A stretch of DNA of 63,796 bases, the filler included, from Kipferlia bialata (lineage: Eukaryota), in NCBI GenBank assembly GCA_003568945.1. It is 4 parts of 4 records of this genome, joined end to end, with 100 filler letters (N's around TTAATTAATTAA, not from the genome) between each part and the next. Parts side by side here need not be neighbours in the genome. Positions count along the whole stretch, not along the records: positions 1 to 19,666 come from BDIP01000182.1; positions 19,767 to 34,236 come from BDIP01000183.1; 2 more parts are not named here. One strand, given 5' to 3'. Shown one piece after another: positions 13,636-26,753 of this stretch. The translations under genes and the position numbers were made by a program. The notes beneath the pieces are model-generated. The model was not told where the DNA came from. It ran no database searches and worked only from the letters and a program-made list of their open reading frames with translations. Within the stretch, counting starts at the first letter, position 1. Each line of letters opens with the position of its first letter.

Positions 13636-14436
13636 NNNNNNNNNNNNNNNNNNNNNNNNNNNNNNNNNNNNNNNNNNNNNNNNNNNNNNNNNNNNNNNNN
13701 NNNNNNNNNNNNNNNNNNNNNNNNNNNNNNNNNNNNNNNNNNNNNNNNNNNNNNNNNNNNNNNNNNNNNNNNNNNNNNNNNNNNNNNNNNNNNNNNNNNN
13801 NNNNNNNNNNNNNNNNNNNNNNNNNNNNNNNNNNNNNNNNNNNNNNNNNNNNNNNNNNNNNNNNNNNNNNNNNNNNNNNNNNNNNNNNNNNNNNNNNNNN
13901 NNNNNNNNNNNNNNNNNNNNNNNNNNNNNNNNNNNNNNNNNNNNNNNNNNNNNNNNNNNNNNNNNNNNNNNNNNNNNNNNNNNNNNNNNNNNNNNNNNNN
14001 NNNNNNNNNNNNNNNNNNNNNNNNNNNNNNNNNNNNNNNNNNNNNNNNNNNNNNNNNNNNNNNNNNNNNNNNNNNNNNNNNNNNNNNNNNNNNNNNNNNN
14101 NNNNNNNNNNNNNNNNNNNNNNNNNNNNNNNNNNNNNNNNNNNNNNNNNNNNNNNNNNNNNNNNNNNNNNNNNNNNNNNNNNNNNNNNNNNNNNNNNNNN
14201 NNNNNNNNNNNNNNNNNNNNNNNNNNNNNNNNNNNNNNNNNNNNNNNNNNNNNNNNNNNNNNNNNNNNNNNNNNNNNNNNNNNNNNNNNNNNNNNNNNNN
14301 NNNNNNNNNNNNNNNNNNNNNNNNNNNNNNNNNNNNNNNNNNNNNNNNNNNNNNNNNNNNNNNNNNNNNNNNNNNNNNNNNNNNNNNNNNNNNNNNNNNN
14401 NNNNNNNNNNNNNNNNNNNNNNNNNNNNNNNNNNNN
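13636..14436. other. Assembly gap (~800 N, no linker)
   Basis: Continuous run of N, preceded by a poly-G tract. Confidence 0.99.
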
Positions 14437-14555
14437 TACCAGTCTGGTGGCGGCCTCTCTCCTGCTATAGCATCATTCCCCCCCCCCCCTCTCCCACCCT
14501 CACATCCTCCACCTATCTGCCATCCCTACCCCCATATATATACACTTACACACAG

Positions 14556-17500
14556 GATGCTCAGGACACCCTGAACAAGGCCCGTAAGGCCCTTCCCACA
14601 AGCAGTGAGGTATGGGGTCTATTCTTATGGCATTCACGACATGTGTCACGAAACATGTACCCTTCCCCCCTCTATCTATCAACCATATTTGATATTTGCA
14701 CTATCTCTTGCATATTCTAGTGAGTAACCCCACCCCAGGTGTGGATTGCCGCCGCTGCCCTGGAGGAGACCAGAGGCTCTGGGTCACCAGAGATCATATC
14801 CCGCATCCTCAAGAAGGTGGGGGCCGATGTCGCTCTTTTTAGCATACTTCTATTATGGTGTCTCCTTCCGCATTTGTTTTAGTCCTTCTCTCATCGTCGA
14901 TGTGTGTCTATCTCCGCTGTCTATCCACGCTGTCCTGACCCCCAGGCTCTGAAGGCCCTGGCCAAGAGAGGGGCAGAGCACTCCAGGGAGCACTGGATCC
15001 AGGTGGGTGGAGATGTGTTCTGTACAGCTGCAGGTGTCAGGTGTCAGGGGATGTCCCTGACACCTTGCCCATGGATTGTATTATCATACACATATCCCCA
15101 TCGTGTGTCCTCCCCCTTGCCTCACTGTCAGGAGGCATACTCTGCCGAGGGGGATGGGTGTGACATCACAGCCAGGGCCATTGTGCAGGTGGGTATGGGG
15201 TGGATGGGCGCTGTCATTATCTTGGCAACCTCTCATGTCACAGAGGACAGTTTGTCAATTCATTTCTTTCCTCTCTATCTCTCTCTTCTGACTCCCAGGC
15301 TGTGTTGACTATGGGTCTCCAGCCAGACCAGTACAAGAGGTCCCTGATCTACGGTACGTCCATTGTGCGTGTGTAGTATGTAGCCTCATTGCCATTGAGT
15401 ATCTGATCCCCCTCACCCCAGCTGGCAAGCAGGCCTGCCTCGAGCACGACAGGCCTGTGTGTGGGGTGGCCATGGTGGAGGGACTGCTGCAGATGGACGC
15501 AGGGTTTGAGAAGGTATGTAGTTGCACTGTATATATTCATAGATAGACTCTGTGTCTGTATATGTATAATGTGTGTCCCCTGTCCTCACCTTCAGAGCAC
15601 CGACGTGTGGGTGGAGCTTATCCCCCTGATCCAGCACACCATCAGGCGCTACATGACCCAGATGAACCAGAGGGTGAGGCTGACGTGTATGCACATACAT
15701 AACGTTTATATACTCGCACCCAGCATTGCCTACATTCGTATACTTGCTGACTGACGATACCTCCATTGGCTGACAGATACTGCTTATATCGGCTGACTCT
15801 CAGGTGTCGGTGAAGACTGAGGGAGAGAGGGAGCAGGAGAGAGACGCAGAGGCCCAGGCAGAGGCAGAGGCCGAGAGAGAGAGAGAGAAGCAGGGAGAGG
15901 CCGGTGCTGAGGGGGACGTGCAGATGGGAGAGGGAGAGGGAGAGAAGGAGAGGGAGGGGGTCCTCGACCGAGACGCCGAGGCCCTCAAGAGGTGGAGGGC
16001 AAAGCTCAAGGCGGTGCTCGACCAGGTGGGGGCACACTTTCTCTCTCTCTTTGCCTGTGTATCACAATGCCATTCCCTCAATCCCCCTCCTCACCCCCTA
16101 GGCCATTACGGCCATCCCCACCTTCGGCCCCTTCTACCTCCATGCCGCCAACAGTGCCCTCGGTACGTGTATATACATTTGAATGTACTCTTATGGAGAT
16201 ACAGTATTATGATCTTCGTTCCTCCCCCTCTAACCCCAGAGGATCCCTCCAGAGGCCCCTCCGAGGCCAGGCCTATGCTCAAGAGAGCCCACTCCCTGTG
16301 CCCTGGGGACTACCAGGTGCAGGGTCATATTGTGTTGTGATAATGATACTGATACTGATACTGATACCTGGGGACTACCAGGTGCAGTGGGGGAATGCGG
16401 GTCATAGTATTTACCAGTGACAAGAAGTGTTGCACATGAGTGTTCTCATATTCACAGCATCCCCTCCCTCTCTCTCACTCTAGGTCTGGAGGGCTGCATA
16501 CCGTCTGGAGCTCGATGAGGGTGATGAGCAGGTATCCGTTTGTGCTTGTAGATGAGTATATAATTGAATCCAGTGTTATGCTGTCTTATAGTGTGCATAT
16601 ATACAATACCTGCATGTATGCCACTGCCTATGCCTATCTCTCTAGTCTCCATATCCATACCCATCCTGCCCCACTCCATATAGTATGCATGTGTACAGTA
16701 TGTCCCACCCCAGGGTGCCAGGGAGGTGCTGAGGCAGGCCAGGCTCAGATGCCCCAACGTGGCCAGGGTGTTTGTGGACAGGTATCATATATAGTTGATA
16801 TATAGATACTGATACTGATACAGGGTGTTTGTGGACAGGTACCACCTCTCTTCGTGTCTAACTGCCTACCCCTCACCCCAGCGCTGCCCTTGAGCGTGAC
16901 ATTGGCACCCCCCTGGATGAGCTGGTGATCCTCAAGCAGGGCGTGGCCGTGCACCCCACCGACATTGACATGTGGATGTCTTCCATAAACGCAGCAGCAC
17001 GCTACCAGGTATCCCCCATGTCTCTATATGGGTACATTCATCCCCCTCTGCCCTCTAATTGATGTAGACATCTGATACCAGGCCGAGCAGACGAGACTCA
17101 AGACCGAGGTCAAGATGGAGCCCGTCAAGATGGAGGTGGGTGTGGGTGTACGCTGCCTCAGAATACTATTCATTGAGTACTATGTGGTTCATGCAATGCG
17201 TACCCCAACCTCTCCTCTCTGACCCAGGGCGATGCCGAGGTTGCCAGGCTCAAGGCCCTGGCCGACAAGGCAGCCAAGGAGACGGAGGTGGGGACGGATG
17301 GATATGTAGATATATATATATATATACATATATTGACATGGCAGCCAAGGAGACAGAGTAGAGAAGGGAGGATGTCAGCACTGTTACTGTACTCTCTCCC
17401 CATCCCTCACCCCAGATTGAGACCTTCTGCGACCCCCTTGCCATTGCCTCCAAGGCACTTGGCATCAACCCAGCATCCTCAGCCCTATACATCGCTGTGT

Positions 17501-18788
17501 CAGGTACGGTCCTCACCCACATGTGTTGACTGGCATGTCTTCTCTCTCTCTCTCTCCACACCTCAACCCTGGGACATGTTACACCATACCCTGTATGTCC
17601 CTGCCTCAGTCTGTCTCCCTGTATGCATAGGTGCCTCACCCCCCAGACCAGCACCTGGTCAAGGGCCAGCGGAGCAGGGGCAGGGCAGTCCTTGAGAGGG
17701 GCATCCAGAAGTGCCCAACCAGGTACGCACTCTCTGTATGTGGCAGTATCCGTGATTGTATGTCTGATGCATATAGCCTTCTACACCTATACTTACTGTC
17801 AGTGAGGACATGTGGCTGTCCCTGGCCAGACTCGAGCTGGGAGACGCCAAGAAGGGTGAGCGTGATGTGACCAAGGCACTGTCCGTGCTGTCCAGGGCAC
17901 TCAGGGTGCTCCCTAGGTATATGGGCATGTATATACAGTAGAGGACACCAATGTGTATGAGTGACTCATTGTACAACATCAATCGTCAGCCCCACACCCA
18001 GGTCCCCCCGTATCCGAGGTGCTGAGACCCTTCTAGTGGACACCAAGTATCAGAAGAAGAGGCTCATCGACGCTGTCAAGGTGTGTATGCATGTGTATTC
18101 AGGCTAGGTCGCATACCCTCCTCCCACCCCAGACATGTGGAGACCAGGACACAGTCATCCTGGCCACAGCGTCCAAGGTGTTCCACAACCAGGGTGAGGA
18201 TGGCGTGTATGCTACTGCACAACGCACAGTCCATACAACTCAAATATATTGTTTCATTGTATCATTGGCCAACCCCAGGCAAGCAGCGCAAGGCGTCCGA
18301 GTGGCTTGTCAAGGCTCTGAACACAGAGACTGGCGCCACAAACGGAGACCTCTACGCCCTCGCACTTAAGGTATTGACAGTAACTCTATATATATATATA
18401 TGTGTGTTCTACAAGTCCCCCACCCCCCCTTACCCCAGTACCTGCGCATGGGGGCCAAGGACCCTGACCCTGAGAAGCAGAGGGAGAGGCTGGCGCAGGA
18501 GGCCGAGATTGTGCGCAAGGTGTCTGTGACCGATATTGACAGTGGGGTCATCTGGATGAAGGTGAGAGACGTGGAAGTGTGATGTATTCATATGTTTGTA
18601 TTGTATCTTGATTCCCACCCTGAGTGCCTTGACCATACTGATACTTACACTGACACTGATACTGACACTGATACTGATACTGACTCTGATGCCAGGTCAT
18701 GGAGGACCCAGCCTCCAGGGGCAAGAGTGTGCGAGAGGTGCTGGACCTGGTGGTGGGGAGGGTCCGGACTGACTCCCTCGACCTCTAG
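14556..18788 (+). CDS. PRP6: Pre-mRNA processing factor 6 (U5-102K, HAT/TPR repeats), multi-exon, 5'-partial
   Basis: Spliced peptide DAQDTLNKARKALPTSSE|VWIAAAALEE...RILKK|ALKAL...SREHWIQ|EAYSAEGDGCDITARAIVQ matches the Prp6 signature. Also RAVLERGIQKCP|SEDMWLSLARLE and KASEWLVKAL...GDLYA. TAG at 18786-18788. Confidence 0.9.
18636..18695 (+). repeat. (ACTGAY)n hexamer array at the 3' end of the last PRP6 intron
   Basis: atactgatacttacactgacactgatactgacactgatactgatactgactctgatgccag. Confidence 0.85.
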
Positions 18789-19666
18789 GCTATGGGCTGG
18801 AGTATGGATGTGGAGAGATAGTGTATTGGACACTAAAGGGATAGTCTACAAGAGACAGAGTACGTGCATAAATGATGTGTGATACCTGTAGTGTCGGGGG
18901 TCTCGCAATAGAGAAAGACAACAGTCGTATCACAACTGGCACACAGGACTTTACAACGGTGTTTACTGCCTTTTCTCCATGGGTCCTAAAAGCGAGTTAT
19001 GAAGAGTATTCAGCTATCATTCTGTCAGCATAGGACAGTCAAAGATACTGGCAAGGGGCTCAAGTAACATTCTCAATAGTTATCCAACTCCGTGGTCATA
19101 ACTTATGGCTCACAAGTTGCTTAAAGCAATAGGTCTCTTCAGGTCTCAGAACTCATATTGCATTCCGTCGGTGTTACGTTGTAGTACCACATAAGTTTTA
19201 CAGTACAACTAGTACTGACTGATACTCTTGATCAGTGAGGAGACTTGATTTGAAATCTGTGGTTAGTGACACTAATTATACGTGGTCAACCTTGTTGACT
19301 CAACCTGACATGATGTTGACACTGTGTTGTCAGTGACAACTTGTCACAACATGATACTATGTTGTGTCAGCATACTTGATACGGGTATCGCTATGTACCC
19401 ATTTCAAATGAGTCATTTGGGTAACACGGCCAGTGTCACATTATACCATGATGGTGAACTTCAATTTCTGTACGTGAACTGCGCACTCTAACTGTGACTG
19501 CTGTTGCTACATCATGTAGCCTGCATGACTTGTAGACAGTAACTTACTGAGTAAGTAATTGTACAGTTGCACCACAGGCATTGACCAGTGGTGGGCTATC
19601 TGCACTCTTGACCAGGGCTGCCACTTTTCAAAATACCGCGTCCAGATCCAGTGGATCAGTGGTGGA

Positions 19667-19766
19667 NNNNNNNNNNNNNNNNNNNNNNNNNNNNNNNNNN
19701 NNNNNNNNNNTTAATTAATTAANNNNNNNNNNNNNNNNNNNNNNNNNNNNNNNNNNNNNNNNNNNN
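19667..19766. other. Artificial contig linker N44-TTAATTAATTAA-N44
   Basis: All-frame stop / PacI-containing 12-mer at 19711-19722, centred in exactly 100 nt. Confidence 0.95.
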
Positions 19767-19773
19767 CCCTCAG

Positions 19774-19819
19774 GTCATACTTCGAGGAGGTGTGGATGGA
19801 CATGTGTGACAGGGAGTAG
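19774..19819 (+). CDS. Terminal exon fragment (SYFEEVWMDMCDRE*)
   Basis: cctcag acceptor at the contig start, then a short GC-rich frame ending in TAG. Confidence 0.45.
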
Positions 19820-20097
19820 AGGGGATGCATTTCTCAGAGGACATACAATTGTCATTGGCACTGACCGAGTCCTTACATAGACCAGACCCCTAGCTCATTA
19901 CTCTTCCTTCGTTTAGTCAGCTTCCTCTTATCCCTTCCGCTACCACTATGGTAGGCGTCAAATATATATTTGAGATGAGTGAGTCATGGTTTCTATTAGA
20001 CACTGTCTATGGCATGAACACATCGTCCATACATTCAGTCATCCAACAAACTTCCCATCACTCTATTCCATTCACTCTCAAAACATAGACAGTCTGT

Positions 20098-23000
20098 CTA
20101 TGGCTTGAACACATCGTCCATGCAGTCAAAGTTCTGACTCTGCTTGTCTATAAGGATGCTTCTGATGTCACTCATCAGCCTGGCCTCCACTGCGGCATCG
20201 TCCTGAGGCATCAGTGTATGGAATGAGTATCTATAGAAGTATGCATGTAGTCATAGATACAGTGCAGTATGTCTTGAAAGATGACACCATCCTGTAGGCT
20301 GGCCGCAACCGCTGCATCGTCCTGAGGCATGATCAAGAAGAGACTCACTCGGTATTCTAGATACTAATTATAGGATATAATTTATAGCGTCAGAACATTC
20401 AGAGCTGCGGCAGTCTGGGCCAAGGATAAGACCATATAGTTTTGTCTATCACGCACCTTACAGTCCAGGTCCCCCGATGTGATGTCCTCTGCTATGCTGT
20501 CTGCTGCACCCTGCAGTGCTAGACCCAGGGCAGTGACCTGGGCCACGACAGTCATCTGGAATGTTAGACTACAAAGTATAGGTTCATAGCCAGGAGTATA
20601 GGCGAAGGTGGGTGAGTTGTACAATTGCTTGACTATACAGAAGAGTAGAGGGGAAAGAGCCTCCACAGTCATCTGGGACATTCGATTACAAATAGTAGTA
20701 TAGGTATATAGGTGTACTTTCTATCGTGTTACTATATATCTAAATTGCATTGTGCCCCTACCTCATTCAAAGACAGGCCAAAGTCGAACTGAATGTCGAA
20801 CATGAGTTCGTCCCCGCACTCACACCACCCGACTAGGTATGTCACATAGACACTGCTCAGCTTACAGGTGGCATAACCATTGCCTGAGGCACCGACCTGC
20901 ATGTTAACGGATGTCAGATGATTTACTGGGGAAACACATATGCCAAGTGTAATCACTAGCAAATACAGAATAGTACAGTAATGTATTCATACATATACAC
21001 ATTATCGCTTCTTTACAATTGGATTGGTACCTTGATCGTTGCTGATGTGGCGACACTGGATGTCAGGCTGTCTGGCAGGGTATCCACCAGAGACACTGCC
21101 TCACAGACTGTGCCACCGCCAATGATGGCCTGGGGTCAGGGTGTGAATACGATACATATACACCCAGAGAATTACTACTGACAGTGATATCTGTATATAT
21201 CCCACCTCATCCTCCAGGCCCTCTCTCTTGTACACGACGTTAGAGCGGGACTTGGCAGTACCAGTCTCCCCACCCACAGTCACAATCTCTTGCCCCTATT
21301 GGTGAGAGGGAAAACGTACTTCTAGAGTACAACATCACAAGCAACATCCCCCAACGTATTGACTTTACAGAATACTTGTTAGAAATACATCGTCTCTATA
21401 GTAGAAATTATGACATCCGCCCCTAACTTAAAGCAGTAGCAAGGATAGTGTAGATTACGGCCTCGTAAGTATGGACGAGTATTCTCACATCCTTATCTAC
21501 GTGTGGGTTTACTCATAATACACCTCCACGACACGATACTGAATATAGCCACGTGCTCTGCACAGTGCTATGCAGACGATGTACATACCTCTACATCTGC
21601 GTATGTGTCTGAGGATGGGTCAGTGATCTCATCGACAACCGCATCAATGGCCTGGGGTGAGGCATCATATGACACAGTGAGGAAATGCCATGTAGAAAGG
21701 ATTGATATCATAGTGCTCATTGGCAATGGTCCATGGCTGCACGGTGCAGCCTGCACCCATACCTGGTCGAGGCCTGGTGGGATGGGAGCAAACTCAAGGG
21801 CTATGTCCTGAAGGGTGGGAGGGAGCAGAGAGGGAGCATCTTGAACAGTCTCTCTTACTCAAGATTACATATATACCCAATGATAGAATAGAATACCATT
21901 CTGTCGACGAATATACACCTTTGTCCCAAATGAACTCTAACATTCATATATATAATCATATGCACCAGTATCAACATACCTTGATGACATCGAGTGCCTG
22001 GACGAATATGACCGTGTCCTCAATAGGATCAAATGCACTGGACTCAGTCTGCACCACTGCAGCTGCGGCACCTGGTTGTCACAGGAGAGTGAGAAAGACA
22101 ATGAGTATAGTTACATGATAGCCAGCCATATACACAAGTGCTACCAGTGTACCGTACCTGTGACAGCTGCTGTGCACTCTGGTGTAACTACTCCAGCAGT
22201 ATCTAGTTTATTATCTAGTATATATATGTACATATATTACTAAGACACCCTACCTGTGACAGCTGCTGTGCACTCTGGTGGGTGTGTCCATGTCATGGTG
22301 TGGATGCCACTGCCGGATACAGACTCCTGAAGGTGAGCAAATTGCAGACCGTATCACTCACAGATAACAATAGTGCAGTAACGCATGACATTGTACTGCT
22401 ATTCCAGGGTAGGGATGAGTATATATTTAGCCCTCCCACCTGCAGTGCCTCTGTCGACCACACCCACTCTGTGCCCTGGTCCTGGGGTTAGGGATTGATG
22501 TGTGTATATATATATATGCGTGGGTGTAGATAGATACATAGTGAATGGATACACCCACTCTGTGCCCTGGTCATGGGGTTAGGCAGAGAAAGAGAAATAT
22601 ATTTAGAATGAGAAGGGTATATCTAAAGTGGAGATATGGAGATGTGTATGAGAAGTGTATATCATGTTGGAGAATGAATGACATATCGCTTCAGAAACGG
22701 TGTGAATGTGATGACTGAAGGAATGCCGACTATACCTTGAGGAACACTGTCTTTGCATAGGCAGAGGCCTTGCCCCCAATGAAGTCATCGCCTGGGTCAG
22801 AGTGGGGTATCACATGACCACTGTAGTATATACCATGTAAACATGTTCATACCTCTATGGAGAATGCTACAGTAGGTAATTAGTATCTGTTGTGTACTTG
22901 TATACAATGAGTATACATATGTCTACCTGTAAACAGTATGATGGATGCCGGGGGTGCACCGGTCAAGAAGCCACTGCCATCACCAACGGCCTCCTCAATG

Positions 23001-26000
23001 CCCTCTATGATCTCATTTCTGAGAGTAAGACATGTGTGTATAGGCTTCAATTGCACTTACACAATGATCTCAACACTTGGAATATGTAATATATGGTATC
23101 TGCATTCATATCACAAGTATGAGACAATATAGACACCTGTCTTCCTCGTTACCCCAGCTCTCAGAGATGGACACGTCTAGCTCAGGGTCGGAGTGCTGGG
23201 GGTTGGTGTGTAAGCAGGTGGATCTCTACTTAGTAGTCTCGGCTCAGGAATCACTCATTACATGTTTATCACTACACACCGTGTGTAGTCTACACACGTA
23301 CCTGTCTGATCACACTCTCTGCACACCCCTCAGTCTCCTCACACTCACACAGATCCTCATTGACAACATGGGGGTGAGAATGCATTTACATACCGACATC
23401 ACATGTATGAATGTTTTACTCACAGACATACATATGACTCTCTTGTCTACATGGATATACTCAATACCTTCCGTCCACCACACTCGCACAGTACATGTGT
23501 GTATAGTGATTACATGGGTATATGGGCATGTGTGATGATGATACCTGCCCCTCCACTACACTGGTACCCTCCACATCTGAGGCCTCCCAAGTCCTGGAGT
23601 GAGGATGTAAGAAGTGTACGTACACAGATGAACATGTCGATGTATGTGTATCCTATACCTCACTGATACCCTTGGCACTGCTGTCCCCTGCTGTGCACAT
23701 GGTGATGAGTCAGGGTATGTGGCCTCTATCACACTGGGCTCAACTAGGTACTCACCCTCACACTCGTCAAACACTATCACCTAGATATGAGAATAGGGTG
23801 GGTATACATGACAGAGAGTACATGCTTGTCCATTGGTCACATATATATACCTCAGGGAATGGCACTATCTCGTTGCATGCTGTAACGACAGAAGGTGTCA
23901 CTGGCGACATGATGAGGTCTAGAGCCTGGGGGTAGAATGGGTCAACGAAAAGCACTGTAGGCACAATGGAATACTGCCAATGCTAACAAACACATGTACA
24001 ATTATGTGTATACGCAAAACACACCAGTTCTATACCTGCGCTCCCACTGTCTCATCAATAGTATTGATTCAACACATAAATGTATACGTATCCACTCCTA
24101 CCTGTACTACCACTGTCTGGTGCACAGCCTATGAATACACATCATATGTCCTATATTTGCATTTATCATACCTGTGTCTCCACTGTCTGGTGCACTGCCC
24201 CCACCCTTCCATACACATCAGTGCAGGTGTATGTCCTGACAAGCAGGTTGAAGGGGTAGAGGGTCTCACTCTCCACCACATCCAGCACATTACCCTCCCC
24301 ATCTGTGCATGTCACATCGGCTGGGGGTATGTCACTAGGGATGGAGCATGGGAAGACAAGTGTGGGTAGTGTGTCAGGTGTGATGGAGGGTGGGGGGAAT
24401 GGCAGGGTGAGGTCTAGGTTGGTGTCAGCACACTGGGGCATCAGCCACCGGAACTCCTTCTCTACACCCTCAGGGTGCTCGGCCAGTATCGTGTAGATAC
24501 CGGTGTCAAGGGATGGGAACGAGTAGTACCCGAAGGCATTGGATGTCGTTGTCTGACCTGTCTCGAGTATGGTCAGACACACGCAGGACAGGGCGAGGAG
24601 GCCACACTCAGCGGTGACATAGCCCTGAGATTAGGATAAGGGTGGAGGAGTTTGTGATAATTGTACATGAAGACACATTAGAATGCTATACCACATATAT
24701 ACATGTGTAGTAATTACCCCTCCTCCACCCACCTCTATGGTCTTGCCAGCACAGGGCAGCACCACATCCAGAGTGTTGACCTCACACTCTGCGATTGTGA
24801 CCTCTAATGTGACAGGCTCCACGACTGTAAGGTCTTCGGGGTAGAACGTGACCAGCTGCATGCCAGGTGGTAAATCATGGGCCACGTAGTTGCCAAACTC
24901 GTCAGTGACCGCGACCTCGTCGAGACCGACAACAACGACCACGCCAGGTACACCCACCCCGCCCTCGTCTGTCACTGTCCCCACTAGTATGGTGTCACAG
25001 CATACACCCCCACAGAGTACACATGTGAGGGGCACAGCGATGTCATTGACACCACCATAGAGGGGGGTGCAGTAGCCACCGCCTGGGGGTCAGGGTAGAT
25101 AGTCCAGACTAGCACGAGAGTGGTATTGTACTCGAGTATATATGTAACACACACTACTCTTATCACGGGGTACTTATACATATAACAAGTCGTCGGTATA
25201 TGATATACCCACCGTAGTAGCAGACGTCTCCGTCCCTGCCCTCCTCCCAGCCAATGCACACCTGGGGTGGGTATGGTGCTTATATTCACGATACCTTAAG
25301 AGGAGCTTTTGGGGTACTGATTCAGTACTACTAAGAGTAACATATGAATACTACATTTCCAACACAAAACAGTATATACTCCGTATACCTCGACTGGGTC
25401 TGCTGACACATATAGTCTATACAATTGTAAATACATACTACACAGATATATACCCTGCATACCTCTACTGGGTCTGCCGAGCAGTTTGGGGTTGTCGTGT
25501 AGGAGGTGTCGAAGGGCACATCCACAGACACACCTGGGTTAGATGTTTGTAGAAGTATATAAATATACTTGCATGTCTATATACATGTATATTGGGCACA
25601 TCCACAGACACACCTGGGGTTGCATATATATGGTATATGATACATATAATGTATATGATATATATGATACTTATGATATATATCACACCTTGGTCACACC
25701 CGCACTGGAAGGCCACACACAGGGAGACATACTGGGGGTGAGTGGGAATAGAAGCACTCTATTAGTAGGAGAGAGGGAGGAGGGGAGGGCGAGAAATAGA
25801 CAGGGCGAGAGAGAGACATATACAGAGAGAGAGTGGGGGGAAGAAGTCTAGAGCCACTCTAACCTGGGGGGGAAACCATACACTGAGGAAGAGTCAGAGC
25901 TGTTGTGATTATACTAACTTAGTATAATACTAAGCCAAGTAATAACACAACACACCATTCCCATACCTCGTCCGGTGTTGTGCCAGGTGGTTGCATCGGG

Positions 26001-26089
26001 TACTTGGTACAGGGGTTCTCGCCACACCCTGACCCACAGAGTGCATACCCCAGCACAGCCAATAGCAGCATCATCATGTTGTACTGCAT
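20098..26089 (-). CDS. Secreted Cys-rich protein with carboxypeptidase-regulatory-like (Cna-B/transthyretin-fold) domains, many small exons
   Basis: First exon MQYNMMMLLLAVLGYALCGSGCGENPC... has a signal peptide (missed by the ORF track). Domains LVGTVTDEGGVGVPGVVVVVGLDEVAVTDEFGNYVAHDLPPG and TTTSNAFGYYSFPSLDTGIYTILAEHP. Last exon DDAAVEARL...DDVFKP*. Confidence 0.7.
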
Positions 26090-26753
26090 CTCTCAGTCTG
26101 GACGGTATAGCCTCGACCGACACTGAAGTCAAGGAGAGGGCCAGTGCGTGGGGAGGGAGGGGTGGAGCTCAACAGTGTGTTACAGTGTGTCAAACACTGT
26201 TCAAACGTGTGAGGCCCTCAGTGAGGGAACTGTTTAAACGGGCTGCGACTGTCCCTACTCTGTAGAGTCTACAGTATAACACAGTGACTACCATACAGCG
26301 CGTGTCAGTACAGTGTCCACGCCGTGAGTGGTCAGCCCCTTGTGAGAGACGATATATATTTATGTATATATATATATATGTTTGAGAGACCAAGTCTTTT
26401 GCTGTTAGTCCTTTTCGTGTATATATACCCTTCTTGCCTAGAACCCTTGTCAATATCACGTTTCTATGATGACCACATGCCTGCGGGTCTTTGATAACAT
26501 GATCACCGCACGAATTGGTAATATCGTATTACTATCTCTCAATCAATCATCCCTCATGTAGTTGGTTTGCACTTATGCAGCAGAGGTTTCTCTCTCTCAC
26601 ACGCACAAATACACTAAAGTCTAAAAATATTCGCAGGTACATAGTATGTACTACATACATTGGCACTGGCATTAATCGACTACTGAGGCCTAGTAGTGGA
26701 ATACTGGATATTACATAGGCCCTTTCTCTCTTGACATTGTGGGGAGACATTTA

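Noticed and set aside
13589..14470. 293-aa ORF and other ORFs containing X
   Set aside because: Artefacts of reading through N runs.
19711..19722. TTAATTAATTAA motif recurring three times inside N runs
   Set aside because: Identical N44-12-N44 layout each time, so it is a synthetic all-frame-stop linker rather than biology. It also invalidates any gene-cluster argument across 19.7, 34.3 and 60.9 kb.
4080..26089. Apparent cluster of two related surface-protein genes around PRP6
   Set aside because: They are separated by an artificial linker, so the proximity is not informative.
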